From contig CM120642.1 of assembly GCA_051362555.1 (NCBI GenBank), positions 27,156,001 through 27,220,000 on the forward strand: a DNA stretch of 64,000 nucleotides, given 5' to 3'. The position numbers and the translations under genes are program-made. The notes beneath the pieces were generated by a model that was not told where the DNA came from, searched no databases, and saw nothing but the letters and a program-made list of their open reading frames with translations. The DNA is from Lingula anatina. Taxonomy: Eukaryota; Animalia; Brachiopoda. Positions 1-14,100 of this stretch are shown in pieces (the first letter of the stretch is position 1; each line of letters begins with the position of its first letter).

Positions 1-107
1 GCTTCAGAGGTTACTAGATAATAATCTTCATTATCAGTTGGTCTCTGCAGTTATTTCCACTAATAGCAGTGGCATGTTGATAATAGAGTTTAGACTAGGT
101 TCTGACA

Positions 108-308
108 GATTTAAATCGATCCATCTGAATCAACCTTACTCCCTGGGGTTCATGCTAAATTGCTGTCAGCTTCCGGGAGCCAAGCGCGCAAGAAAGTTAA
201 TTGCCCCCTTACAGCTTTTAGTAGGTGGAACAGACATTTAAGCTGACAGCAATCTAGTGAGACTCCCCAGGGGGATAGATCGGTCTAAATATCTGTGGGA
301 ATGGTCTC
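108..308. mobile_element. Dispersed ~190-bp non-autonomous repeat, diverged copy
   Basis: Similar to 62520-62707 (same orientation) and 54446-54632 (inverted). Shared blocks include ctccctgggg..ttcacgctaaattg, tagtaggcgggacagac and ctagtgagactcccc. Confidence 0.75.
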
Positions 309-638
309 TTAGTTTGCAACAATCTTGGAAATTCAGGGTGTAGGTAGGTCTTGCTTTGATGAAAGATTTTTTTATTAATGACAAATAAACCACTGAATAG
401 GTCATTAAATACATTTCTAGCTCCCTTCACTATGTACAATATACACTCTCAATGTAATAAGTGTCAAATTTCTCTTAAAAACTTAAAGATAATAAAAAAT
501 TTAATGTGAAATTAAGCTAATTCAACAGTTCACAGAAATCATGTTCTTCACATTTGGGGCAGATCAGACACTATATGAGATATTTCTCGTGGTGATTTTT
601 ATTTGATAAGTAACATGGTATTTATCTATGTTGATCAG

Positions 639-2272
639 GATTATGCCATGAAGACAGCTGATGAAAACCACAGTATGGTGATACTAGCCAATGACCCTGA
701 TGCTGACCGCTTGGCAGTGGCTGAAAAGCAACCAAGGTATCATGATAATAGTCATCAAAATTTATATTTTAAAGGCTTTTTCTATGTTGTTTATAAGTGA
801 TATGAAACAGTTATGTAGTTTTAAAATGGTGCTGAATGATTTTGGAAAGGATTGATTATATGTATATTGTGACATTTTAATGAAATATATATTTATCCTA
901 TTTACAAATTTGGGGGCCAAGGTTTTGAGGTGATTTTTTATAAGGCATTGAAAAAAATATAATTTCAACATGTCAGTTATTGCAGGAATTTTACCCAGGG
1001 ATGAGGTTTTTTTCTACTATAAGCAGATTTCTGAGTTTTTGGGAGCAAAAAAAAAAATAGCCTAGCCATCCCTGTGGACCCCAGGCTACTTTTACTAAAT
1101 GGCAGTCTCATACCTGTTTACCTGAAAGTGTTTGGTATAGGACAACAGTGCTTTTTTATATGTTTTAGTGGAGAGTGGCATGTGTTTACTGGCAATGAAC
1201 TGGGGGCATTGTTTGGATGGTGGCTGTGGTTTACCTTTAAGAAGGCAAATCCAACAGAAACTGGTGAGTTTTGGGATTAATTTTGTAGAGCACAGTATAC
1301 GTTTGACTTAAAACAATGATGATAGGACGTGCAAGCCACTCAATAAATCAAATGATTGTAAGTTCTTCCAACATTCATGTCACAAAGGTTGCAAATAGTT
1401 CCACCATATTAAGCATTATATAAATTACAGAAATAAATATTAGATGCACATGTTTGTGTTATTAATATTGATATGTGTCATGTATATGTGATACATATTC
1501 AGGGGCTGATGTTTACATGTTTGCCAGTACTGTGTCCTCTAAGATCCTTCACAGCATGAGCAAAAAGGAAGGTTTCAATTATGAGGCAAGTTAACCTTTT
1601 TTTAAATTGCAAAATAAAAAGCCACTATACACTTAACATTACAGTACACAAAAGGTTAAATAGAGAAAATATGTAGAAATAAGTAATTTTTTTTCTTGTG
1701 AACAGATTATGTCAAAAATATATTTTGTCAGACTTTTTGTCTCTCTTGTGAACCTAACTATCTTTTCTGAACTTAATTTTTTCTCAGCCATAACTAATAT
1801 AACAGCATTTAGAGAATAATGTAGATTAAAGAAAACGAATTGCTTGAATATTAATGTATCATTTAATTTCAGGAGACACTGACAGGGTTCAAATGGATGG
1901 GAAATCGTTCACATACGGTGATACAAGAAAAGAAACGCGTGGTGTTTGCCTTTGAAGAGGCTATAGGTAAGAAACCAGTGCTCTGCATTCTATGCTTAAT
2001 GGTATTATTATAATTGCTGTCACTCATAACACACTCAATGATGAATGTGGTACATTTTTACTTCTAAAACTATCATAGCATGAAGCACTTTTTCCAAGGA
2101 AATGTGTAAAACAAAATTTAATGATGCTCTGTAAAATGCAGAAAATGCATTAAAAGCATGTAAACGAACAAAACTGTACAGCTGAAATGTGATGACATGT
2201 TTTTATGTTTGTTCTTTTTGTGTTAATGAAAGTAATGAAGCATAGGTAGTGTACAAACTATTACTCTGTTCA

Positions 2273-2319
<47 letters not shown>

Positions 2320-3281
2320 ACATGTATGCTTATTTTGCATGTAAAACCGAGCAATCAACCTGATGTCTATTATGTTTGTCATTTCAGGTTTCATGTGTGG
2401 GTCCATGGTACTGGATAAAGATGGCGTCAGTGCTGTGGCAGTGTGTGCCGAGATGGCTACGTATTTATATCACAACAACCTCACCATTATGAAGCAGTTA
2501 GACAAGATATATGAAATGTGAGTGGCTGCCTCTGAATGTGTGGATAAATGAAGACCAGTTATGATTGTAGTATGGCAAACTAGTGGTCAGGAACGGGATT
2601 TCTTTGATTATTGGCTGATGTCCCTCTTTTTGGGAGCCAAAATTATATTTTCCTACTTTTTCACCAAATGGCAGGCTCACCCCTGCAAAGTGTGTGACTG
2701 AAAAGCGTTGTAGTTTTTTTTATATATTTTGAAAAATGCAGTGCAGTTTTGGTGAATAGAGAATATTAATTTTATATGATGTAGAAATATTGTTTTAGAA
2801 TATTGATTTTCAAAGTTTTGTTATACTACAGTCATGTAGTTGAATTTGAGAAAAGTGTGTTGAATTTTAAAATAGTTTGATAGTACACATACTAATAGCC
2901 TGTAGTTATGTGTACAGCCATAGACATATTTTCATTCATTTGCACTTGTAATTAATCATGCACAGTTGCATGCATATAGATTCCCACATCTTTACAAAAA
3001 GAATTGGAAAGATATAATTCTACTTTGCATTGATGTCTGACATTGACTAAATATTTTTTTAGGTATGGCTATCATGTGTCCAACAATTCCTATTTTATCT
3101 GCCATCACCCTCCAACCATCAAATCTTTGTTTGACAATTTGAGGAACTATGAAGGATCTGGAAAGGTAAATTAAAGGAATGAATTGATGCTTTTGTGTTT
3201 TAAATACTTTGTTTTGGTACATTCATAAATAGTGACTTTATCCGTGCACAGTTACAGAAATGCATGCTTGTACCTGTTTTT

Positions 3282-3319
<38 letters not shown>

Positions 3320-4693
3320 TAATTAAGTTTTAGTACAGTCAAGTCTGGTTTTCCCATGTGTGCCTTAGTTTTTAGTCATATTGAACTTCTCTGCATCCTC
3401 AAATCCTTAAATAAAAACTATATCAAATTACCTGAGGTATGAAGTAATTTGTAACATCTGATTTTAGTACCCAAGCAGCTGTGGTCCATATGAGATAAAA
3501 CATGTCAGAGATCTCACTGCAGGCTATGACAGCTCCCAACCTGATGGAAAACCTGTATGTATATGATATGTCTTGTTATATACAGTGTGTTAGTTTTAAC
3601 TGTATTCTTAGTGTCAGCCACACTGTGTAAATAAAGACGACTATTTGGTTAGATGATGTGATATGAATATAAATAACAAAACTGATTTTCCTTTCCATTA
3701 TATCATTTTCCTCCTGTGAGTTTTTTGCCACATGCATTCCTACCTGTTAAGTTCAAATGTGTTATTAATAGGTGCAGTTGCATTTCTTTTTCATCTCTTT
3801 ATTTATTTCTTTATGTTATTTTATTTTAAAAAGTTGAAAACTTTAAAAAGAGAAAAATATTTTGTATTGACCCAAAGAAATAAGCATTTTAGTGTAATGC
3901 TGTGTGAGAGATAATACACTATCACCAGAGCATTATGTGTCAGAATACCTCAAGTGTCAGCAAGAGGTGTTTGAAGCATATATTGCCTGGGGGTTGCAGT
4001 GTATTATTTGACATACATATGGAGAGCAAGTACTTGGATTTCACCAAAAAACACAATAAAGCATATATTGCCATGGTCACAAAACAATTTAAGGTATGTA
4101 AGGCCACAAAACCATGTTGTTTCCATCATGTCAGATACTGCCCACCAGTAAGTCCAGCCAGATGATCACCTTTAGTTTTGTCAATGGCTGTGTGCTGACC
4201 ATGAGAACCAGTGGGACTGAACCCAAGATCAAGTACTACTCAGAGTATGTGGCTGAGCCAGATTCAGGGTAGGTGGGAAGTATTTTATCTACACATTGTG
4301 CTTGCCAGTCTCAACTATCACAATGAGGATTTGGGTGTACTGTAAACTTATACTTCATGAGCATTTGTTGTTTGTTTATTTGTTCCTTTGAAAAATACCA
4401 GTTTTCTTATGATGGAATTTAAAATGGTCAAGATGATGCTTTTATTCTCTCTTATTGTAATATTTGGAAAAAATGGTGATGATGGGGCTTTTTTTCTTTT
4501 TTTTTAAGATATACTTTTAACACCTCAACTAGATTGAGAAAAATAGCTACATAATTGTTTCAAGATGCACTTTGGTTTCTCTTACAGAAAATCTAAAAAA
4601 GAAATAGAAGATGAACTGGCAGACATAGTGCAGCATTTCATCGACAGGTTCCTTCAGCCAGAGAAGTACAATCTCATAGCAAGAACTTCATGA
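639..4693 (+). CDS. PGM2: Phosphoglucomutase-2 / phosphopentomutase, 3' part (5' exons lie outside the window)
   Basis: Exons 639-736, 1169-1263, 1503-1585, 1873-1966, 2388-2517, 3063-3165, 3468-3554, 4135-4268 and 4588-4693 splice in frame. They encode the metal-binding ANDPDADR loop, ETLTGFKWMG, FAFEEAIG, DKDGVSA and the RTSGTEPKIKYY phosphate-binding loop. Stop TGA at 4691-4693. Confidence 0.95.
2276..2318. repeat. (GT)n microsatellite
   Basis: Direct reading; lies in a PGM2 intron. Confidence 0.95.
3284..3317. repeat. (CA)n microsatellite
   Basis: Direct reading; lies in a PGM2 intron. Confidence 0.95.
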
Positions 4694-5059
4694 TTGACCA
4701 CTGGTCAAAACTTTGACCACTGTCCAAAACACAGTTTACACAGTTTTTACTGCAACATCCTTTTTTCTCTGCTCAATCATTCCCAATCCTGCCCATGTGC
4801 TTGTATGACACTGTATTTGTACCACTGCCATGGTTTTAAGACTTGTTTACACAACGATGTAAAAATTCCTCTTTTCTCTTTAGAAATGATTGTTGTTAAA
4901 TTAAGGAATGTGGCAACAACTCATTCAACCACACTCAAAGCGATCCCTGATGAAGTTAAGTCTGGTTCTTATATACAAAACTAAGCCACATCTCAGTACA
5001 GTTTACAATACATGCCTGGCATACTCAGTATTTTTTGGCCCTGGTTTAAACTGGCTGTA

Positions 5060-5305
5060 GACATTCTCACCTCCTTGGGGAGAATACAGCCTAGTTGCTG
5101 TATATGATGCACTGAAAGCGAGCAAACAAACAATACCTTTCACAGCCAGACCAGGCACTTTGCCTCTGCTTCAATCTAGAAGTGCTGAGTGCTAAGTAAG
5201 GAGACAGGGGGTAGTACCCGGGGTGCTGTTGGTGAAGGACTGGTATGTCCCCTGACCCATGTCATTGCTCCTGCTGCAGAAGCACACACTTACTACAATG
5301 CCATC
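5060..5305 (-). mobile_element. Decayed SINE remnant with Deu/Nin-like and Meta/MESC-like core blocks, downstream of the PGM2 stop
   Basis: ctccttggggagaatacagcc and gtgctgagtgctaagtaagg resemble the antisense strand of conserved invertebrate SINE core domains. Recognised from memory, not aligned. Confidence 0.4.
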
Positions 5306-8100
5306 TGGATGGTATAACAATTTTTATTTACATGCTAAAATTTCCCAACATGATGTTTTGCTTTTAATGCCTGAAAAGGATGAAACAATTCAGGCTCTTG
5401 CCAATTATGTATTTGAAAGTAATTAAAGGTTTTGAATCATGGAAAAATTGAGTATAAGAAGAGGGAATTTAACTATGTGAGGAATTGTAACAATCTCAAA
5501 TTTGTACACTCAGAGAACAAATGCAAATTGTCAAGAATATCTTTTTTTGTTTGAGTGTTAAGCTATGTAGCAGAACAATGCTCAGAGAGCAAAGTACGCA
5601 CTTCTGTGTACAAACTTAGTCATACTATTCATAGAAAAAGCAACTAAATGCTCCTGTCATCATGGTGAAAAGTGTCACAAAACTTAAGTGTCAGAGACAG
5701 TCAGGGTGTTATTTTTATCTCTCATTACCTCATTTGAACAAGATACTCTAATTTTGGGCACAGGAGTGGAATTATATTATATAAATAATATATGAATTTT
5801 CTGTATCCAATATTTTCTAATTGTAACCATAAATCAAAAAATCAAACAAATATTGATCTTTTACTTTAAGTATTGCAATGAATTAATGATATCTGTATAT
5901 GTTGATATGAAGGTTCAGTCAATTAAAGAATAAGACTTTTACTCACTTTAAATTGTTATCATTTTTATTATTATTATTATTAACCACCTTGCTTTAATAA
6001 GGTGCAAATGGCTCCTTTTTAAAAGTGCTTTGAGCTTACTTAATCCCTAGTTTTCATATTCATAAACATTGTATATTTTACCACAATCTAAAAAGCTGAG
6101 TATTTTAGTACAATGCTTTACTTTGGTATATGTGTCAAGTCAAATCATGGATTATATGTAATAAATGTTCAGATTGTGCATGGCAAAATAGTTCATTTCT
6201 TCTACTGTCATTCAGCATGGAATACACACAAAATTATGAACATTATTTTACTACAAGTCATTTCATTTTTCTAGTCAATATACACAGTATTGCTGAATGA
6301 CGATGGTGTGGCAATTTTAGTTCTTAGGTGCAATAAATGCCATCATTTGTATTGACTTTAACTATTCTTGTTTTCAAAGTGAATGTTTTGACTCATCCAG
6401 TTGTATTATACTAATATACTTAACATCTTACTTGAAACGGAGATCACAATGTTTTTACCCTGTCACAAGACATTTCGAGTTGTCAATGGTGTCATGTGAC
6501 AGTCTACACGGGATGTTTTCATTTCAAGTAAGATCCAGTTTAAGATTCAATTTCTCATTGTCTTACTGTTCTTGTTATATGACAACAGTGGTTTTCCATA
6601 ATCTTACTGTGAATTTTTTTCCTGTATACTGTATGTTTTATGGGGTGAGTTTGTGTTAGATTTGCAAGACGTCACTGTATCACTTTTTTCGTACTTAGGT
6701 CTTTACAGATTTACTAACATAGAACAACAATTGACCTACACAACTCAAAATACTCTGCGGCAGTGTATTTAAGGCCACTGTTATCAATTTGAAGATGGAG
6801 TAGGGGTTGCCATTCCACACCCTGCATTTCAGAGGTCACTGGTAGCTTGCCTTTCTACTATCAACATACCTCTGCCTAGTAAGGAAGTGTTTTCTGTTAC
6901 CTCTGAATCTCGGGGTAGCATTTTATAACCACTGAAGGGTATTGGCATTTGTTTAAGACGCCCGTTTAAGTTTAACAATAAGCAGATTCCACATGTATAC
7001 ATTTTGAGTATTTTATGTGATATTTCAAGAACTGGAGGAAGAAAGATGAGAAAAAAGATGCATCTCGGATATTATCTGGAAAGTCACAAAATGTACATTA
7101 TCTTATCTTCATGTTAACTGAACACAAGAAAAAAACATTCAACGCCGTAAGAGAAGTTTGGACTCGAAATGGATAAATGTACCTTTAACGCTTGGATTTA
7201 TCGAAAACGGAACAATGTGGTAAAAGTGTTCTAGATGTACAACGACGCTAGCGTATTGTCTTTATTTCTCATTTTATTGCATAAATGTTCATAAATACCA
7301 TGTTTTTCCAAATATTGTTTTTCTTGGGTTTTGAACCAGGCATATCCCGGGACGTAATGTACATTCTTCGCAGAGAGCATGCTGACTCCTTTAACATAAT
7401 ACGAAAAATAGTTTAAAAAAAAAAACAGCACGTGAATTCCATAGTACACACAATAGACATGGCAAATTAAAATCACTCTGTACTTGTCAAATTAGATATG
7501 TAGCTTATTGCTTATTTCGTAAACGTTCACGTGTGGGAACGGAAACCACCTAACTTGTTTGACGAAAAGTAAAATAACACGGCTTGAAACGAGACGATAC
7601 AAAAATTGGGACAAAAAGCTTTTTTTCAACAGGGAGACTGTCGCATACTTATATACGTTCTGACAACAACTGGAGTGTAAAACTGGCAAGGTCTATATTC
7701 ATACATATTATTTTCCGTTCATTGAAATGCTAATATGAGGATCGACTTTGCTAGGGGAAGTTAAAACCCTCTCAAACTTTAGCAATGGTTTTCACACTCA
7801 TGTTACCTTCACGTTTTATTTAAAGAATTGACGTAATATGTTTACCAAACAGGCAATTTTATTTAATCACGAGTCACAAAACTTTAGTTTCTTTAACGCA
7901 AGGTATTATTGTAATCGCTAATCTGTTTAGGTCAAGTAATTTTTTTTACAAATATTGAGTTAAAAAATTAATTAATAATCGAGTCTGCAAGAGGAGTCTT
8001 TACGGGCAGATGGGGCCAGAATAATGAATCGGAATACCAGCGAGATCCACTTCCCACAAGATGATAACAATTAACAAAATTTTCACTTGACATAACATAT

Positions 8101-11100
8101 CTACCAAGTAACAAAAGTTATAATATTTATAATAAATACTGTGAATGTCAGTAAATTTATGCTTTGTAATTGTGGGTGTCCACTGCGAGTCATAGTAGCG
8201 CATTCAGTCGCTGGTAAAACGGTCCCAGTTTCCCACGTTCCCCCTTGGGCGGTTAGCAGACGATAAATCATTGGGGAGTTTTCAGGCGGTAGCAACAGGG
8301 TGTCCACTATGTTCGTAGGACCGTCTGTAGATTGCTTAAATTGTATTGTAGCTGCCATTTGAAAGTAGTCAGATTCTGATAAATAAAAATTATAATCCAA
8401 ATATTTTCCAAGAAATGTATCTGCATGGGCGGTCGGATATAAAAGGAGATGCCCTATTGCCCCCATTGTCATGTGAAGCATGGTGTCCGTTTCATTTACA
8501 TAGACTTCAATCGTCGGCCAGGGTTCAGCAATATATGTGCCTACATATGCTTCTAATGGCCGGCTTGAATTAAACTCTGATAAAAAATTAACTTGCATGT
8601 CCTGACTCCATTTCGCTTTAAAATCACACACCGTGGACTCATTCAGCCACGTCCTTTCTCCAAGCAATAGATCGGAAGCGTAACTTGTAATGGAGTACAG
8701 TGCGGCTGCAGAGTCCCCATCGTTGCTGCTGGTTACCGAAAAAAGACCCGTTCTCATATGTGGAAATATATATAACACAGCCATGTAAGTAGAAATGCTT
8801 CCTGAATGCCATATTTTGCGAAAACCTACAATGAAAAATAAGTAAAGGTAGTTACGTGCAGAATAATTAGCAAACGAGACTAAATTCAAAGAAAGAAGTC
8901 AGGCATAGGAATATTGGTCTAGTCCTATCAGTATAAGTACCTTTCCGAACATCTACCAGATCTTTATTTTGCTTTTCTCTTCGTGTCTTCGGGATGCTTA
9001 TATTTTTCATAATTGACAGGTTCGCCCATGTAAATATTTAACAACATTTGTCCAAGAAAGCTTTTCATGTTCAAAGGAGCACCCCCAGCAATGACGTAAC
9101 CAATGACGGCATCAAGCAACATAAAGCGTGCTGAAAAATCCTCGCTTCAGTGACAAGTGGGTGAAAAGCATTTCCATTCTGCACCTTTCGCCTTAATATG
9201 AATTAAATGAGTAAAAACGATCAAGCCCAAAGCGAATGAGACTATCAGAAAGCCAACGTCACCGATTTTACAAAAAAACAGGAGAGGAAGAAAAAGGCGC
9301 GGTGTCATAATACAAGTTCATTTTAGTGCGTTGGTTGACTGGTTGACAGGGATATGCACACGCCCGCTTTTGACTGGCGTCAAGCTGAATTTTGTCAAAA
9401 ATCTACTGTTAACAGAATTGTTAGAAAGTGTAGGAAAAAAAGAAAACACGATTCATCGTAAAAAGGATGGGAATTGAACGGTCGGGGTTTTTATGAATAT
9501 GATACAAAAAAAAAAGACCAAAGCGCCCTGTCAACTTTAAATTTCAGGTCCCTCCAACACGCTGAACACAAATAATCTTATATATATATATATATATGAT
9601 ACTGCTTATCGAAGACATAATGCTATGGCATTATAAAACTTACTTTGTTTTACCACTTACTCCTACCTATGATCAACGGAATACGAAATTTGAGAAGCTG
9701 GTTAAACAAAAACTAAACTTTGCATCCACATCCCCCATGTATCGAACGCGTTCTACCCTATGACATGTGTACAGAAAAACATCTCATATTTTCATAATTC
9801 CCTTACAAGTGTAAATTCTTGAAACACAAGTCGATCTTTCAACACTAAAGGAGAGAGGAAGCATATACCTATCCATTGAACAACGGGACAGTGTCTTCGA
9901 AAAGGTGCGTCTTGAATGACAACTTATATTTCATAATTTGACTCCCGTCAGTGTCGCCCATAGAGCACAAACAATCACACGTGTATCTCTTTTAGAGCAC
10001 AAATTGTTTCGTATATGTCAACATCATGTTAACTTTCAAATGACTTGCAATTCCAAATATATCATTTGACTCAGATTCCATATTTTGACAGTCATTATGA
10101 CTGGCCATATGGTACAATCAATCATCTCGCATTTATTAAAACAGAATCTGGGTCTGATGGGCTTGTAATCAATCAACAAGATGTTCACCGTAAAATGCAC
10201 GCGATTATCAAAACGACACTTAATTCCCGATGTGTATGGAATTCTAGCCTTACCCAAGTTCAGTGACTCAGTTCTGTATATCAGGTTACTTGCGTCTGTC
10301 TCTCCTCGCTCTCTCTCTCTCTCTCTCTCTTTCACTCGCTGTGTATGTGCGCGTGTGTGTGCGTGCGCGTGGGAGTGACAGGTATTCAGACAGACAGACA
10401 GTTTATGGTTCATTACTTGCGCCTCCCCCCTCTCGCTCTCTCTCTCTCTCTCACTGTCTGTGTGTGTGTGTGTGTGTGCGCGCGCGCGCGTGCGCGTGGG
10501 AGGGACAGTTATTCAGACAGGCAGACAGGCAGACTCTCACCTCTGTATCTAGCATCTAACCACCCAAACCCGTAGCTGTGCGAATAATCTTCAAACGGAT
10601 AGCTGGGCTTGGAAAAACTGTAGACGGACGAAAATGGTTGCGGGTTATGCATGTGGTCGTTGAAAATATCACCAAAAAGCATATGATCTCCTACAAGAAA
10701 GTTCCCGCTTTCATCTTTTCCACCGCTAATCAGGAAGTTCAGCCACTTGGCCATGTCGTCTGCTGTAGAGTACAAGGCCCCTGCTGCTGCTAGATGCATA
10801 GTTTGTCTGAAAGACGTGGAAAGAAATCGTGATGATATGTGATCTACGCAACATCTGTGTTAGAAAATATCTAATATAATATATAACAGTTTGAGTTAGT
10901 CGTCAGTGGCTGAAGGCATCTCCCATTTTTATTTTTACTCTCGATGTTTCTTGATCGGACAGAGAATATCACCTAATTTAGAAATAATTTTGATTTGTGG
11001 CCTTTGAAAAGCAGAACATTATCCTTTAAAACAGAAGTAGTGAGAACTATAAAATAAGAATGAAATAGACTGAATTGCAATTAGAATTATTCAGACTTTG

Positions 11101-14100
11101 AAAAACATGCACTACCCACTCGACACATACTACTTTGAGCAATGATTCCTATATATTGTAAAATGTTGGCGCGCGCGTGAGTACGTGTGTGTGCGTGTGT
11201 TAACGCGAGCACACACGTGTGATTGACCGAGGGAAGGAACATTGGGCTACAAATGAGTCAAACCTTACTTTGCTGTAGTGTAAATCATATCGACCAATCT
11301 CTTCTCGCCTCCGATCTTAACATAGGGAAAGGCGAATCCCCCCAAATCTCCCTCCTGTACGTCTTGTACGAACCCTGTGTTGGCCAACCTGAGAGGCTGC
11401 AGGATAAACTGAGCGATGAGGTCTTCCCAAGAACGCCGTGGCGCCCCCGACAACTGTTCTGCTATGACACCTGCTAATCCGTACAGGTAGTTATTATAAC
11501 TAAACGAAGTTCGAAGGGGTGCTTTCGTCCTCAAACCCTTCATAAGTGCTCTGAAATGTCAGGAGAATTACAAAATAACGTTGTATATAAAAAAACAGCT
11601 AAGCTGGGAGTTTGTGATACGCTGCATATCAGTAACGCTGACAAATGCGCACTGTTAATAGTGCGTCATCTAAATAATTTACAAATAAAGTCATCATTAA
11701 TTCGAAAAGCTGTTCATTTTATCGTTATCAGCTGAGATCAAACAAATACAAATATTGTTATACATGTATTTTCTACTTAAAATCTGTTTAAGCTACTCAA
11801 ACGTTAAATGCAATGTCACATTACCACTGCTGTTAAAACAGTTGATGCCTTTAGCCTTACTGTTTCTCAGAAACAACTTTTTATAAAGCATATAATATTA
11901 CTTTCATATTTCATTTTGTTTGCTATGATGAGCCGTACCGTATAACTTCCGTCCTGTCTTTGTTTTCCGGCCAGCCCATAAACAGGGGCAAAAGAACACT
12001 CTCTAAACCTGTCCTGTGGGAGAGGATGTCTTCAAGGGAGACTTCTTTATTAAGAATATCATCCGCAAACCGGAACGACTGGTCAAGGTATCTGGTTATG
12101 GGCGTGGTCCATGTTATACTGAAATGTTAACATGTAGATGATGAATTATTGTTACTGGGAAAAAAAACAAGGTGGCCAGAGTAATGCAACAAATGGCGTA
12201 AAAAAGTGAAATTTGAACGGTTAAACTGTTATCAGTATAGGCAATAAATAAAAAAACGATATAGTGACTTTTATTATTTTTTTTAAATTAAATGCTTCGT
12301 AATACGCAAAAACACTTTTGTGGAGCACAATAGAACATCAGTCTTCCACATAAATGAAAAATGATTGTTTACTTCCATACAAAAACTAAAAAGAAAAAAC
12401 AAAATACCAGATGTCGTTTTTGATATAAGGTATTGTCGTGAAAACCATTGTTCACGGAAAAAAAAACTGCGTAAGTGGTGACTTCACTCTTAATTTAAAC
12501 AGGTTTTATTCAGCAAAGGATAGGCTGGGTTATTTGCCTTAAGTGCCCCATGGTGTCTTTTTTGGGGTTCTTTTTTAATGTCACTTTCTTAGACTAATAT
12601 AGTGCCAAGCCTTATTCGTTGTTGTCCCCAAACTTATTCTAGGTTACTATATTTTTAGCGAATGCCAATTATTCATAATTATTACTCAGTCCACAGCAAG
12701 CACTATGAAGATAAAATATAGGGATTTGAGAAGAGGTCTTTTTTCTAATCTTACTGACACGTTTTTAATCTTAATGACAAAAAATGTCTCGCTTCGTTTG
12801 GCATATAAAACGTAGTACACAACACCAATTTGACTGTAAAATTGAGGGCATTGGGATGGAATGTTGTTTGGTTTTTTTTCTCATGTCGCTCCCCATACTG
12901 GTTTTGGGTTGGGTAAAGGGTGTACCTCGGAGGCAAAAGGTGGGATACGAGCCCCCCACCCCTTTTGTCCCTCTACTTGAACCCCATTGCTGAAGACACA
13001 CAAACAAATGAGAGAGAGAGAAATGCAGACATAATTGGACTAACAACATAACGTTATTTACGACCAGATAAAATAAGTAAACGCGTCGACTTCAAGTAAA
13101 CTAATTTTTTTCACGCATTCTCTATTACGAATTCAGCATTCATCGAGCAGACAAGTCCCCGGACACAGCCACTTGGAAAAAAATTAATACAGCTTTTCAA
13201 CGGCTGTTAACTTAATCGAGATTCAATATGTATACATTCTGGAGGGTATTATATACAAAAAAAGCTGTCACTAATGACAGAGGTAGAATGCCATCCCCTC
13301 AGTGTGTCAACATACAATCGACACCTTCCCTTATCAGACGGTATTTGTCGGCAAACATTTGGTTAACAAGACACGGTCGATATTCCTACACAAGTAGTTC
13401 GGGAACATGTGGTGAATTGTTGTTGTCATTTTTAAAACTCCAAACGCACGCTTACCACGGGTGAGGTCAAATGAAAACAAGCAGCGCTTAAAATGTAGAT
13501 ATTTGAACAATCGCTTGTGCTTCTTTTTCATTGTTTTGTTTGGATTCCATCACAGTTTTCAGACGCTGTATCTGCTATTCTTTTCATCACAAGCACGTAA
13601 ACGATAAGCTCTGCACCAGTATTTTGCAAGAGCTCAATAAATATTGCCAAATTAAAGAATAGAAAAAAAGGAAGATTGTATACGCGTTCGGCAATGGTGA
13701 GTATGAAGGAAGAAAACATCAACAATCAGTTAAAGCTATTCATTTCAAGATACTGTGTCACTAGTGTTAAAAAAGATATCTTTAAGCCTCATCTGTTAGT
13801 AGTCACGCTGCAATGCTGTCTCATTTTAACTAACTTATTTTCTCCTTCAAAGAGCACATCAGGACGAGAATCACCGTCATTGAATGAGGCATAAGAAAGT
13901 CATACAAAAACAGCGGACGGATGATTACATTGATTGTATACCCAAGTTGACTGTTGGCTTATTATATGGAGCCTCGGGTTGTATACGCATATTTGTTGTT
14001 ATTATTTACACAGAACATGAAATCAAACTATCTGAACCCAATTCCATCCACCCCGAGTTTCACGGATAACTAAAAACTAATTGCCTTATTTTGACCAGTA

